A stretch of DNA of 64,000 bases, taken from Octopus sinensis. Taxonomy: Eukaryota. The DNA lies in assembly GCF_006345805.1 (NCBI RefSeq), contig NW_021831836.1, forward strand, positions 1-64,000, given 5' to 3'. Below the pieces are notes generated by a model. It did not search any database. It was given only the letters and a program-made list of their open reading frames with translations, and had not been told where the DNA came from. The position numbers and the translations under genes are program-made. Numbering within the stretch: position 1 is the stretch's first letter; each line of letters opens with the position of its first letter. Of this stretch, positions 1 to 13,337 are shown in pieces.

Positions 1-856
1 TGGCTGAGGGCATGTCTGAGAGGGCATTATGAACAGTAGTGGTCCCAGAACAGTGCCCTGCGAACACCGCTCACTATTTGTGTGTTAATGGAGGTGGCCC
101 CATTGGCTACTACCACCTGACTTCTATTCTTCTGAAAGTCACGAAGCCATTCTCCCAGTTTTCCAACTATGTTGAAATCATGCAGTTTGTGACATATCAT
201 TCCATGATCGACGTTATCAAAGGCCTTTGCAAAGTCGAGATATATCACTTCCACATTTGAGTGGTTGAGCAGCCGTTTCAGCACCCAGTCATAGTGTTGT
301 AGGAGCTGAGTTAAACAGCTTCTCCCTGGTCGGAAACCATGTTGGGTGTCGGGCAGCAAGTCATTCTCTTCAAGGAAGGTGATCAGCTTCCTTCTGACTA
401 TTCGTTCCATGACCTTGCTGATGTGTGAGGTCAGAGAGATAGGTCTATAGTTCTTGGCTTCCGCTCTGCTACCCCTTTTTGAATGGGGCATATTTTACCT
501 CCTTTAGTTTTCCTGGAAGTTTGCCAGCTGCAAGGAAGCTCTGAAAGAGGAACTGCAGTGGTCTTGCTAGGACTCTCTTACATGCTTTTAGGAGGATTGC
601 CGGGAATCCATCGGGGCCAGTAGCTGAGTCTGTTTTCATTACATCTATAGCCTTGGTTACATCGTCTTCCTTTATATCGATGTAATCTATCGTCGCCGCC
701 TCTGCTCTGATTTTATATGCAGTGGTAAAAAAGTCAGTTGGATTGGTGATTTGGAGATGCCCAAGGGGTGGAGTGAAAACACTCTTGAATGCTCATTCAG
801 TATTTCACTTACCCTCATTGGTTTTCCTGTAAGTGTGCCATCCTTTTCGTGTGCCA
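1..856 (-). mobile_element. CR1/L2-type LINE reverse transcriptase fragment, 5'-truncated, runs off the window start
   Basis: ORF 27..491 has NYRPISLTSH, QHGFRPGRSC and YLDFAKAFD RT motifs. It is homologous to the LINE at 5410-8592 and abuts a TA array at ~857. Confidence 0.85.
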
Positions 857-951
857 TAATATATATATATGTATATATATATACATATATATATATATAT
901 AAATATATAATATATATATATATATATATATGTATAATATATATGATATAT

Positions 952-983
<32 letters not shown>

Positions 984-1028
984 ATATAGATGTATATATA
1001 TATATGATATATATATATAATTATATAT

Positions 1029-1059
<31 letters not shown>

Positions 1060-1408
1060 TACATATATATATAAATTATATATACCAATTAAGACTGAAC
1101 ACGAAAGTGGACAGTCAACATGCTAGATAAGACGTCAAATCGCCATTCACCACAAAAGATTATGTTCTCAGATCAAACTCAGAGTTTGATCTGAGAACAT
1201 AATCTTTTGTGGTGAATGGCGATTTGATGTCTATATCTAGCATGTTGACTGTCCACTTTTCGTGTTCAGTCCTTAATTGGATTATATAATATTTTAATCT
1301 TCGGATTCTTTTTTAATATGCTAGACCACTGGTCTTAATTGATAAATATCAATTTCTACCCTTAATTAATTCTATATATATATTATGTATATATATAATT
1401 ACATATAT

Positions 1409-1454
<46 letters not shown>

Positions 1455-1465
1455 TATATATATAT

Positions 1466-1543
<78 letters not shown>

Positions 1544-1566
1544 GTATATATATATATTAATATATG

Positions 1567-1621
<55 letters not shown>

Positions 1622-1707
1622 GTATATATATATTTACATCTATATATATATAATATGTATATATATATATTACAATTATATATATATAATATGTATATAT
1701 ATATTAC

Positions 1708-1741
<34 letters not shown>

Positions 1742-1764
1742 TACATATATATATTATATATATG

Positions 1765-1821
<57 letters not shown>

Positions 1822-1835
1822 TACATATATATAAA
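857..1835. repeat. Two (TA)n-rich microsatellite blocks (~857-1084 and ~1373-1835) flanking a foldback
   Basis: Direct reading of imperfect TA arrays. Confidence 0.95.
1085..1280. repeat. Near-perfect ~196-bp palindrome (arms ~96 bp, 1-nt spacer at 1181)
   Basis: Centre GATCAAACTC-A-GAGTTTGATC; outer ends CCAATTAAG and CCTTAATTGG. Confidence 0.95.
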
Positions 1836-2574
1836 CTAGCAGCATAGCCCGGTATGTAAGAGCCCCTAGTAGGCAACGACTAATCCCAATCTAGTCCTTT
1901 CCCTCTAGGGAACGAAGGCGCACGTGTAGGTTGCAATGTCTTCTCTTCACTCCTAAATAACTATTAAACAGCTATCGATAATTCAACCCAACCAATTCCT
2001 ACCAGGAAGAAATTACATTTGAGACTTTAGCCGCAAGTTATTCGAATACTTTTTTTGTTTACACTTTCTTTATAACTACCACCCCAAACGTTTTACCTTA
2101 AATCTTCGATGTACCCTAAGGGTCCTCGGACGCTACCTGCAAACTCTTGGTTTATTATAAACCGCTTTTGTCGTGTGCCCCAAAGAAACCTTTTCCATTC
2201 GTTTGTTCAGTTTGGTCACTTTTGACTTTTTCGTTGTTGTCACTCACATTCCTGCCCGATTTTTTGCAGTTTTTGTACAGTTTTATACATTTTGGGATAT
2301 TTACCCCACGTGTTCCGAGAGTTACAAAGGTCGAGTTGCGTCCACTAGACAGTCTGTAGAAAATGTGTTGCATATAAAAGGCTTAGATTCTCGACCCATG
2401 TCGAATTTATTGATTTTTTTTCTGAACTGGGGGGACTTTCCAAATTTTAGCTGCGTTAGTTTTGAATTATGACATTGGGCTATGTGTGTGTCAAGTTTCA
2501 TCAGAATCGGTTGAAAGCCGTGGTCAGGGTGAGGGTAGGGTACAACCTGACAGACAACAGACAGACAAACTGCC

Positions 2575-2585
<11 letters not shown>
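1836..2585 (-). mobile_element. Non-autonomous Helitron, family A
   Basis: CTAG terminus at 1836-1839. Colinear with the copy at 52085-52874 and shares termini with the element at 32330-38440. The terminal hairpin is deleted and the 5' end merges into a TA array. Confidence 0.88.
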
Positions 2586-2619
<34 letters not shown>

Positions 2620-3618
2620 ATATACATCATCATCATCAACGTTAAACGACGATGATGATGATGATGATATATATATATATATATATAGCAGTAAGAAAAT
2701 GGATGGGGTCAAGAGTTGGTATTCATCAACTTATAGACATTATATATGTCCATTTATTTTTTTAAAATGACAATTATAGCAATATACATACATGTATAAC
2801 ATGTTATGCTTTACATGTATAATATATAAAATATTTAAAAAAAACAGTATTTATTAAAATATACAACGTAGAACATAGAAAGTAGGATAAAATCTTACTG
2901 CTGTTTCTGCCAAGAGGCCATAGTACCCCATTCTACTTTTATCCCTCCTGTGAACTGAAGTATTGGTAGATAAGATTAAGGTACTTAGGTGTGTCTCTGG
3001 GCTTCGTCAAAGAGTTTAGAAAGTTCATAAGGTTAAGTTATGAATATGAATACATACATATATGCATACTTTTACATATATTAAAATGTATATGCACACA
3101 AAGGAATCAATTATTATTATTAGGCGTATTATATTATTCTTATTAGATAAATTATAAACAGAGGTAGGAGAAAGTTATTAAAAGAAATAATGCAATTTAA
3201 AAAATCAATGTATCTTAAGATTATTGTAGTTATGTAGGAATGAAAAGGTATACACATGAGGAATATATGTATATACGCATATACACACACACACACATAT
3301 ATATGCATATATATTTTTATGTACAAACATACCCATGCAACAGTGTTTTGTTACTAAATTAATGAACCAACTCAATATATATTCTCTTAGTTATAAATAA
3401 AACGAAGGGAGGTAACTCTGGTTTAATTAGGTCTATAATTATAAAATAATACTCAAAAATTTAGATCCATTATTCAGTCAATTCATCAACTTATCAATCA
3501 TCCAATTAATTAATTAATCAATCAATCAAACAATTAATTGGTTCTGTAATGGGGTTGCATATCAATGTCTGTATCCATATACGTACATATGTATATACAA
3601 TACATATATCACACATGC

Positions 3619-3666
<48 letters not shown>

Positions 3667-3844
3667 ATATATTTTTGTAAATAGAAAGATGAATAATCTG
3701 TGTTGCAGATTAATCAAAAGTTTAACCGATACCTTGGTAGCAAAAATCACAGCAGAAGACAGCACGGTTGGGGTACAACCATATGGTGTTGCAACCATGC
3801 GTTGGTGCGGATAATTGAATTTTAATATTATTAGTGAATTGAAG

Positions 3845-4260
3845 AAATGGAGTTGAACGAAGATTGAACAGAAATCGTTTTATTGCATTCTACACGTGTT
3901 TCGAAAGCCACAATTTACCAAATTCCGATTGAATAAGGAGACCATATTGTGTCTTCCTCTTCAGGAAGAAATAGGAAATCCGTTGGCAAAAACAAAAACA
4001 GAACAGAGGCGCAGCAAAACAAATCGAAACGAGGCTCCTAAGAGAGGGATTGCTCAGTGCCTAAAACATCGAGCAAAGAATATAAGTAGCAATCGTGATT
4101 TCCACTATGAAGAAATTATCAAGCTCAGTAACAGTCTGTTAAACAACAACTACCCCAAAAGTATACTATCCACTCCAATTATGAAGAAGAGAGAGGATGA
4201 GGCCAGTAAACTGTCCACAGTCTGTCTACCCTATGTGTCAGAGCAACAAAACCATCCTGC
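3845..4260 (+). mobile_element. Penelope-like element fragment (post-RT thumb/linker region)
   Basis: ORF 3896..4489 contains IAQCLKHRAKNISSNRDFHYEEIIKLSNSLLNNNYPKSIL followed by CLPYV, typical of the PLE region C-terminal to RT. Confidence 0.6.
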
Positions 4261-4954
4261 ACCCACTTGTACAGTGTCCAACCATTTCCTACCTGTGGGC
4301 CTATGTCGAACGACTGCTATCGCATGTGGGATGAGTCAGTTTATCAACCAAGGCTATTGTGAATATTGTCACGCTTCCTCCCTTGAAACGGGAAGGAAGA
4401 GCCATTTTCATTGTACTTGTGGCTATGGGGAAAGAATGTGTATGGTGGATGTGTCCGAAAGGTCTACAGACAAACACTTGCCTCTCTGATCAATTTTTCA
4501 ACTTCTTCAAGTATCACTTGAAGAGGAAGGAGAGTAGAGAGGGAAGTTTTGTCTAGTGAATATTTCAAAAAAGATGGGTGAATGTAGCAAGGATGGCACA
4601 TGTGAATGATGGAGCCAGCTTGAACGTAATCCTATGAACCAAGAAAAGAAAGGAAAAAAAGAGAGTCACTGTAATGTGTTTTTTTCCATGACACTATTGC
4701 CCAAGATTACCATGGTCTTTTCCGTAGGCTTTTCTTTCCATGGATAAACCTAATCTGTTTTCCTCTTTTACATTGACATGTCTGTGATACACAATCCCTA
4801 TTGATTGGACTTTTTTTTCTTTTTTGCACTATCTGTTTTGATCGAAATTCGACCCACTTTTTTTTCTCTTTTTCTTCCCAAAAAGAAAAGCGCTACTTTG
4901 TATTTTGTCCCCTCTCTATTCAGCCCTGTGTGGCCAATAAAGAAACATGTATAT

Positions 4955-5369
4955 TATACTCTTTACTCTCTCTCTTTACTCTTTTACTTGTTTCAGGTAT
5001 TTGACTGTGGCCATGCTGGAGCACCACCTTTAATCGAGCAACTCGATCTCGGGACTTATTCTTTTGTAAGCCCAGTACTTAATCTATCGGTCTCTTTTGC
5101 CGAACCGCTAAGTAACAGGGACAGGAACATGCCAGCATCGGTTGTCAAGCAATGCTAGGGGGACAAACACAGACGCACAAACACACACACACTCATATAT
5201 ATATATACATATATACAACGGGCTTCTTTCAGTTTCCGTCTACCAAATCTACTCACAAGGCTTTGGTCAGCCCGAGGCTATAGTAGAAGACACTTGCCCA
5301 AGGTGCCACGCAGTGGGACTGAACTCGGAACCATGTGGTTGGTAAACAAGCTACTTACCACACAGCCAC
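4955..5369 (-). mobile_element. tRNA-head SINE (CORE-like)
   Basis: Minus strand begins GTGGCTGTGTGGTAAGTAG, has a B-box-like GGTTCCGAGTTCAGTCCC, then CCTTGGGCAAGT. Related pieces recur near 12560-12790, 40410-41060, 57140-57275 and 58555-58885. Confidence 0.8.
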
Positions 5370-5409
5370 ATATATCTTTATATATATATATATAATATAT
5401 ATATATATT

Positions 5410-8400
5410 GATACATTGATACAAAGGCTGACACCTGGACTTACAGGGCACGTACAACAAATACAGACAGCCCAGCAGACCGAATATCCAGTCAGCACAG
5501 TCCCAGCAACTACAACAGTCTTGCCAACAATAGGGCAGATGTATCCGGTACAACAAGCATAATAACAGCAAATATCCAGGGTCTTTATCCGAAAACAAAA
5601 CAGTGTAAAGTCCCTTTCTTGGAAGAATTAGCAACAGAGAAAACAACTCCAAATAATTGGAATTACTGAAAGTCATCTCAACGAAAACATCCACAACAGC
5701 GAAATCACAATCAATAGATTCAACATCTTCAGATGTGATAGACAAGGCAGATCCCATGGGGGCGTTATCATGTATATCCATGATACCTATGCATGCATAG
5801 AACTTGTCAATGAATCAAATGCCTACTGCAACCTGCTGTGCATAAAAATCATCCAACTTAATACAGTTGTAACAATAATGTACAGACCGCCAAACAGCCC
5901 AACATTATCCTTCACTGAGCCACTGACGAAGCTCCAACAAATTCTGGGAAACATGGCAAGTCCAATGCCAGACATTATCCTCCTTGGTGACTTCAACTTC
6001 CCTAACATCATCTGGCCACATGGACAACATACTAAAACGGGGACAAAAGCTGAACAAATACAGGCAGCCAAACTGTTGGAAGTCACAGAGAAATTATACC
6101 TCAAACAAATGATGACAGAAGCAACAAGAAATAATAATACGATCGACTTGGTTTTCACCAACAACGAGGACACGCTATTTGACCTTCACTCAACCCCAAC
6201 AATCCTTTCAGACCACAATATTATTGAAATGCATTTACACATTGGTAATGAGCCCAATGCCACAACTCTTAAACAAAGGACATGCCAAAGCTATGCAGGT
6301 ATGATTATCACCAGGCAAATTGGGAAACTATTAACAACCAGTTACAAATCATTGACTGGGATCTCTACCTTACTGGGCCAGATAAACACAAGAAATTCTT
6401 AAACAAGATCGAAGAAATATGTGAAAAAAATGTTCCTCTAAAGAAAACCAAGTCCACAAAAAAACCTGTACCACGGGAGCGAAAGATCCTGATGCGCAAA
6501 AGGTCAAGACTAAGAAACAAAACATCTAAGCTGACATCAAAACATGAATTACAGAAAGTCCTTGACCAAATATACAGATTAGAAGACAATCTAAAACAAC
6601 ACTATGATGAAGAACGTAACAATGCAGAAAAGAAAGCCATAGAAAACATCAAGAAAAATCCAAAATGTTTCTACAGTTTTGCAAAGAAATACTCGAAACC
6701 CAAGTCAACAATAGGACCTCTCCAGAGACAAAATGGGGATGTAGTGAATAACCCTATTGAAATGGCAGAAATGTTGGGTCAACAGTATGAAAGTGTCTTC
6801 AGTGAGCCATCTAAAACCATGAAGATCCATGACCCAGGAAAATTCTTCAAGGATATCGACCATACTAAACCTACCCTATCCGACATTGATTTCAACCCAG
6901 AAGACATAGCAAGAGCAATAGACAAGCTCTCCATGCACTCGGCTGCGGGGCCTGACGGTTTCAATGCCATGATACTTAAAAACTGCAAGGTACAATTGTC
7001 GAAACCCCTTACATGATATGGAGGGGGAATCTATGGAGAATGGCAAAATACCAAATACATATAAAGAAGCACACATAACTCCAATACATAAAGGGGATAG
7101 CAAATCAAAACCAAAGAACTACCGACCAATCTCACTGACATCACACATTATCAAGGTCTTCGAAAGAATAGTTCGTGAAAACTGGTTGAGTTCCTGGAAT
7201 CCAACAATCTGATGAATTGCAACCAGCATGGATTCAGGTTAGGTAGATCATGCCTTTCCCAACTACTGGCACACCATGACCAAATCCTAGAAAATCTAGA
7301 GAATGGATACAACACAGATGTTATCTACCTCGACTTTGCCAAGGCATTTGACAAGGTAGATCATGGCATCCTGGGTCACAACTTCGAAAGCTAGGAGTAG
7401 GAGGAAAAGTTGGTACATGGATAAACGAGTTCCTTACAAATAGAACTCAAACAGTCACTGTGAATGGAACCCATTCAACACCATCACCTGTGACCAGCAG
7501 TGTTCCTCAGGGTACAGTACTCGCCCAATCCTGTTTCTCATCCTCATCTCTGACATAGATGAAGATACAACCAGCAACGTCTCATCCTTTGCTGATGACA
7601 CCAGGGTCATGAGACAAATCAAAGACGAGGTGGATACAGAGGCCTTACAAAAGGACCTGACCACCATATATAAATGGCAGGAAACAAACAACATGTTGTT
7701 CAATGATAAGAAGTTTGAACTAATTCGCTACGGAACAGATCAAGATCTGAAAAATACAACAAACTACAGAAACCCATCAGGACAACAAATAATGGAAAAA
7801 CAGTATGTGAAAGATTTAGGCATCCACATGGGAACCAACCTAAAATTCAGAGAACACCTTGACTCAGTCTGTCTTACTGCAAGAAAGTACAGCGGGTGGA
7901 TCTTGCGCACCTTCAAATCAAGAGATACCTCAACAATGAAAACCCTCTGGAACAGTATGATACTTCCGAGGATTGACTACTGTTCTCAGTTGTGGTCACC
8001 AACAACAAAGGGCCAACTATCTAAGATAGAATCGCTCCAAAGAAATTTTACCTCATACTTCTCAGAAACGAGGGACCTGGACTATTGGCAAAGACTCAAA
8101 ACCTTGAGGATGTACTCAATAGAAAGAAGATTTGAGCGATACCGAATTATATACATTTGGAAAATGATAGAGCAGAAGGTGCCAAACTTTGGTATCAAAA
8201 CCTACCACTCACTGCGCCACGGAAGACGCTGCCAGCTGCCACCAATCAACAAAAAGGCTGGCCAGGCAGCAAAAACCCTGCGAGAATCAAGTCTGTTGGT
8301 TCGAGGAGCACAACTGTTCAACTCCATCCCGGTACATGTCAGAAATCTATCAGGATGCAGTGTGGAATCATTCAAATTGCAACTGGATAGATACTTAAGC

Positions 8401-8592
8401 ACCATTAGAGATGAACCCCATCTCCCAGGATATACACAACGAGCACAAACTGACTCAAACTCGCTCCTACACATGTCAAATTTAAGCAGAGAATACAACC
8501 TGGCAACCACACCAGACTCTGAGGGTGGAGCCTTCGACTTGGCCTGAGCATGGACTCAAACCCAAATGAAATGAAATGAAATGAAATGAAAA
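5410..8592 (+). mobile_element. CR1/L2-type LINE with frameshifted APE-RT ORF2 and (AAATG)n tail
   Basis: APE motifs ANIQGL, GITESHL, LLGDFN, IDLVFTN, SDHN. RT motifs NYRPISLTSH, YLDFAKAFDKVDH, VPQGTVL, SFADDT. Stop at 8545-8547, AAATG repeats at ~8564-8591. Several frameshifts. TA arrays on both sides. Confidence 0.93.
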
Positions 8593-8679
8593 TATAAAAA
8601 TTATAGAATATATATATTATATATAATATAGATATATATATATATATAATAATATATATATATATATATATAAAATATA

Positions 8680-9056
8680 TCTACATATATAAAACTCTGT
8701 GTGTGTATCGAGGTGTTTAACTTCCCGGCACGCCTTCCTAGCCAACAAATCGTAGAACCACCAAAAATGGGTCACTTAAGTTTAGGCGAATGAAATTGAA
8801 CTGCGCTATTTCTGTTCGAAATTCATCTCACAAGTGCAAAAATCGATAATGTGTTTGTTTAGGCCTTATCCCATGCATTGAATAGTGAACTTTACTCAGT
8901 CAGCTGTCTGACGTGAACTGTGTTCACCACGCGTGCAAGCATGCGTAAATTGCATGAAAAATAAAAAATGAAGATATAAAAACGAATCACCATAAACATT
9001 GTAGAAATTCGGCAAAGAAATGAATTTTCGGGATGTAACCTGGAGGGTTTTTCGTA

Positions 9057-9087
<31 letters not shown>

Positions 9088-9389
9088 CATCATATATATA
9101 TGTATGTATATATATACATGAGAGTATGATAGAAGAAGGCTAACTCTTCCTTCCATAGAAGAAAAAATTCAAATCGGACCATGTTAACACCAAAAATTAT
9201 TTACATCAAAAAGGTGCCTTTCTTCTATGAAAATCCCTATTTTTTTACGATGTTTTGACTGCTGTGTCGCCATTTTTCGGTCTATTTCAATTAAAGAGAA
9301 TAACACGCTACATACTGCCAAATTTTTACTTTTCAAAAATTCCAAATCTAAAGGCTCTAAACAAACGCAACGCCGGGCGATACTGCTAG
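8680..9389 (+). mobile_element. Non-autonomous Helitron, family B
   Basis: 5' A|TCTACATATATAAAA and 3' GCAACGCCGGGCGATACTGCTAG|T, i.e. inserted between A and T. The 3' ~80 bp match the terminus at 47133. Confidence 0.8.
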
Positions 9390-9482
<93 letters not shown>

Positions 9483-9504
9483 TACATATATTATTATATA
9501 TATC

Positions 9505-9748
9505 ATCATCATCATCATCATCATCGTTTAACGTCCGTTTTCCGCGCTAGCACGGGTTGGACGGTTTCGACGGGGGTCTGGGGAGCTCGGGACTGCCCCA
9601 GGCTCCAGTCTAGTCTGGCAGTGTTTCTGCAGCTGGATGCCCTTCCTAACGCCAACCACTCCGCGAGTGTAGTGGGTGTTTTTTTACGTGCCACCTGCAC
9701 AGGTGCCAGAGGGGTCTGGCATCGGCCACGTTCGGATGGTGCTTTTTA
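9505..9748 (-). mobile_element. RTE LINE 3'-end fragment with (GAT)n tail
   Basis: Reverse complement of the 3' UTR seen at 23900-24109 and 45660-45843. Similar pieces at ~11831-11992, ~40540-40815 and ~56845-57027. Confidence 0.8.
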
Positions 9749-10541
9749 TGGGGGGGGGTGCAGAAATATAGGGGAGCACCAGTGGGAGGGGTGGTTCAGA
9801 GGACAGGTACTAGGCAAGTAGAACGTAGGATATCGAGAGAGGGGTAATGCATGGTGAAATAGCGTATTGAAGAGGGGGGTTCAAAGAGTAGACACCTATA
9901 ATGGTGATGGGGGGGTGCAGAAATATAGGGGAGCACCAGTGGGAGGGGTGGTTCAGAGGACAGGTTCTAGGCAAGTAGAACGTAGGATATCGAGAGAGGG
10001 GTAATGCATGGTGAAATAGCGTATTGAAGAGGGGGGTTCAAAGAGTAGACACCTATAATGGTGGTGGGGGGGGTGCAGAAATATAGGGGAGCACCAGTGG
10101 GAGGGGTGGTTCAGAGGACAGGTTCTAGGCAAGTAGAACGTAGGATATCGAGAGAGGGGTAATGCATGGTGAATAGCGTATTGAAGAGGGGGGTTCAAAG
10201 AGTAGACACCTATAATGGTGGTGGGGGGGGTGCAGAAATATAGGGGAGCACCAGTGGGAGGGGTGGTTCAGAGGACAGGTCCTAGGCAAGTAGAACGTAG
10301 GATATCGAGAGAGGGGTAATGCATGGTGAAATAGCGTATTGAAGAGGGGGGTTCAAAGAGTAGACACCTATAATGGTGGTGGGGGGGGTGCAGAAATATA
10401 GGGGAGCACCAGTGGGAGGGGTGGTTCAGAGGACAGGTTCTAGGCAAGTAGAACGTAGGATATCGAGAGAGGGGTAATGCATGGTGAAATAGCGTATTGA
10501 AGAGGGGGGTTCAAAGAGTAGACACCTATAATGGTGGTGGG
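9749..10541. repeat. G-rich tandem array, five copies of a 157-158-bp unit
   Basis: Marker CAGAAATATAGGGG starts at 9761, 9918, 10076, 10233 and 10391. Confidence 0.95.
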
Positions 10542-10611
10542 AGAAACGACATCCGGTATAGTTGGAGCAAAATAGAGATATCCGGTATCGGTGGTGGGCA
10601 GGGCGGGCGCG

Positions 10612-11266
10612 CCGCGAAGAATCGGCAGCCAATTTCTAATCAGCCCTGTAAGGGAGATAGATCTTAAATATCTATAACGATAACTAGTGAATTATACAGA
10701 ATATGCAAAAACGAGGCGAGGCTGAAATAGTAAACAGAGTGGCGACTAGGGGGATCAGAATAATAATAATTAATAAATAATAATAATAAATAGAGATACG
10801 GATGAATTAAAGTTCAAAGATTTCTTATCTTGGGATCACTTCGTTTACGGACAGACTTGGCAAAAGGAATTCGGAATCAAGAATGAGGCAGGTTACTAGC
10901 TTAAGTATGCATAGCCATGGCGAGGGGTAGGAAGAGAGGAGTCCAGACAGACGACAATGTAAAAAGAGGGGGAGAGAAGGGAAGAGAAAAACCCCGCGAA
11001 GAATCGGCAGCCAATTTCTAATCAGCCCTGTAAGGGAGATAGATCTTAAATATCTATAACGATAACTAGTGAATTATACAGAATATGCAAAAACGAGGCG
11101 AGGCTGAAATAGTAAACAGAGTGGCGACTAGGGGGATCAGAATAATAATAATTAATAAATAATAATAATAAATAGAGATACGGATGAATTAAAGTTCAAA
11201 GATTTCTTATCTTGGGATCACTTCGTTTACGGACAGACTTGGCAAAAGGAATTCGGAATCAAGAAT
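10612..11266. repeat. Two apparently identical 273-bp direct repeats (10612-10884, 10994-11266) with a 109-bp spacer
   Basis: Both begin CCGCGAAGAATCGGCAGCC and end GGAATTCGGAATCAAGAAT. Confidence 0.93.
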
Positions 11267-11272
11267 ATATAT

Positions 11273-11307
<35 letters not shown>

Positions 11308-11830
11308 TATAAATGTTATATGTATATATATATATAATATAAATGTTATATGTATATATATATATATATAAATGTTATATGTAGATATATATATATATAT
11401 AAATGTTATATGTAGATATATATATATATATAAATGTTATATGTAGATATATATATATATATAAATGTTATATGTAGATATATATATATATAAATGTTAT
11501 ATGTAGATATATATATATATTATAAATGTTATATGTAGATATATATATATATAAATGTTATATGTAGATATAGATATATATATATATATAATGTTATATG
11601 TAGATATATATATATAATGTTATATGTAGATATATATATATAAATGTTATATGTAGATATATATATATATAAATGTTATATGTAGATATATATATATATA
11701 ATATATATATATATAATTATATATAATATATTATATATATATATAAATGTTATATGTAGATATATATATATATATATATATATAATTATATATAATATAT
11801 TATATATATATAATATATTTTATATATATA
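11267..11830. repeat. Minisatellite of ~28-30-bp units (TATAAATGTTATATGTAGA plus (TA)n)
   Basis: Direct reading; roughly 15 units with variable TA length. Confidence 0.9.
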
Positions 11831-13337
11831 TCATCATCATCATCATTTAACGTGGTTGGCGTTAGGAAAGGCATCCAGCTGTAGAAACTGTGCCAGATCA
11901 GATTGGAGCCTGGTGCAGCCATCTGGCTCGCCAGTCCTCAGTCAAACTGTCCAACCCAGCATGAAAAATGGATGTTAAACAATGATGATGATATATTATT
12001 TATATATTATCATATATATATATGTATATATATCTATGTGTGTGTGTGTGTGTGTGTGGTGTTTAAAAGATTATCTTGAAAAGCACTGTTGTTTTTTTTT
12101 TTTTTCTTGAATTAATCAATGAGGAGAAACCTATGGCTGGCTGCATATTAGAAAGTGAAAACCAGAAAAGAAAAGAATTATTTTTTCTTAATTTGTAATT
12201 GCCAGTTTTTAAAACAGAGAAATCAGAAAAGTAAAAACAACAGAACAAAGAAAAGATAGATAGTGAGGGTGGAATTATTCTGCATTTTCTCTTGAAATAC
12301 TGTATGTGAGAGAGAAAGAAAGAATCATGCTAACATGAAAAGTTGTAATGATCTAATTGTGTGTTAATTTTGCATTTATATTGTTCTAGCTTAAAAGCTG
12401 CACTCCATGTAAACTTTTAGGCTAGCTAAGTGGGCCTGCAGCTCAAAACGGAGAGCAATAATAATGAAGCATTTATTGTTACCCTACCAATATGGTATTT
12501 CTTCAAATTCAGATTAAGTTCACAAATTTTTGGAATTCTTTTAAAATTTGAATAGAAAATACATATATGTATGTATTGTGGCTTTGTGTCTGTGTTTGTT
12601 CCCCACCACAGCTTAATAACCGGTGTTGCTGTGTTTAAGTTCACATAAGTTAGTAGTTTGGTAAAAGACGCCAATAAAAACATACCAGGCATAAAAAGAG
12701 GAAGAACTGGTGTTGATTTATTTGATTAAAATTCTTCAAGGTGGTGCCCCAGCCTGGCTGCAGTCTGATGACTGCAAAAAAATAAAAGAACCACTAAATT
12801 CTTTTGTAAAACTTAAAGCTAAGTTGTACTATGGCAGTGAAACCTCCCACAGTCACTTTACTTGCTAGAAATAGCAACCCAATTGCTTTTAAATCAGATC
12901 CCAATGCTGGATGTTCAAGAACCAAATGAAGGGCAAATTGTCAATCCAGCCATCATCCTGATTCCAAAAAGGTATATGTCTTTGTTGAGCAAATGTAGAC
13001 CAAGATACAGGGGTCCCAGATGGACAGACAGAATTTCACTTTTATTAATATGGATAGATGATTTGTTGTAAAAATTCTAATTGAATAATGCAATTAAAGT
13101 TATAGACATGTTTGTGTGGAGGTACAATTGTGCACATATTTTTTTCTTTTTCAGTTTTTAATATTATTTTATGTTATGTACATATTTTTGGAAATATATA
13201 TGAATGCATGAATTTAAATTTATTTTTGGTAATATTGGAAAATATGTTTTTTGCTCTTTCTCTTGTCAGAAATCTTGTGGTAGCTGTTTTTACATTACAA
13301 ATTGTGTATTATGAGTATTGTTTTATATTACTTTCAG

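Noticed and set aside
1090-1115. CTGAACACGAAAG in the palindrome arm as a hammerhead core
   Set aside because: Position 8 is C with no compensating G3, and there is no room for stem II.
3875-3910. Minus-strand GAAACACGTGTA (hammerhead stem III-like) near the PLE fragment
   Set aside because: No upstream CUGANGA or stem I partner; at most a truncated remnant.
9749-10541. CRISPR-like appearance of the regular arrays here and at 43487-45843
   Set aside because: The units are repeated in full with no unique spacers, there are no cas genes, and the context is eukaryotic.
9953-10632. Repetitive ORFs in the 157-bp array, including a PLVLPYIS peptide reminiscent of PLE linkers
   Set aside because: The unit length is not a constant multiple of three, each unit has a stop in that frame, and no other PLE motifs are nearby.
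1-13337. OSTF1 exon 1 (expected short Pro/Lys-rich peptide ending in a phase-1 donor)
   Set aside because: No convincing ATG-to-GT candidate was found; it probably lies upstream of the window.
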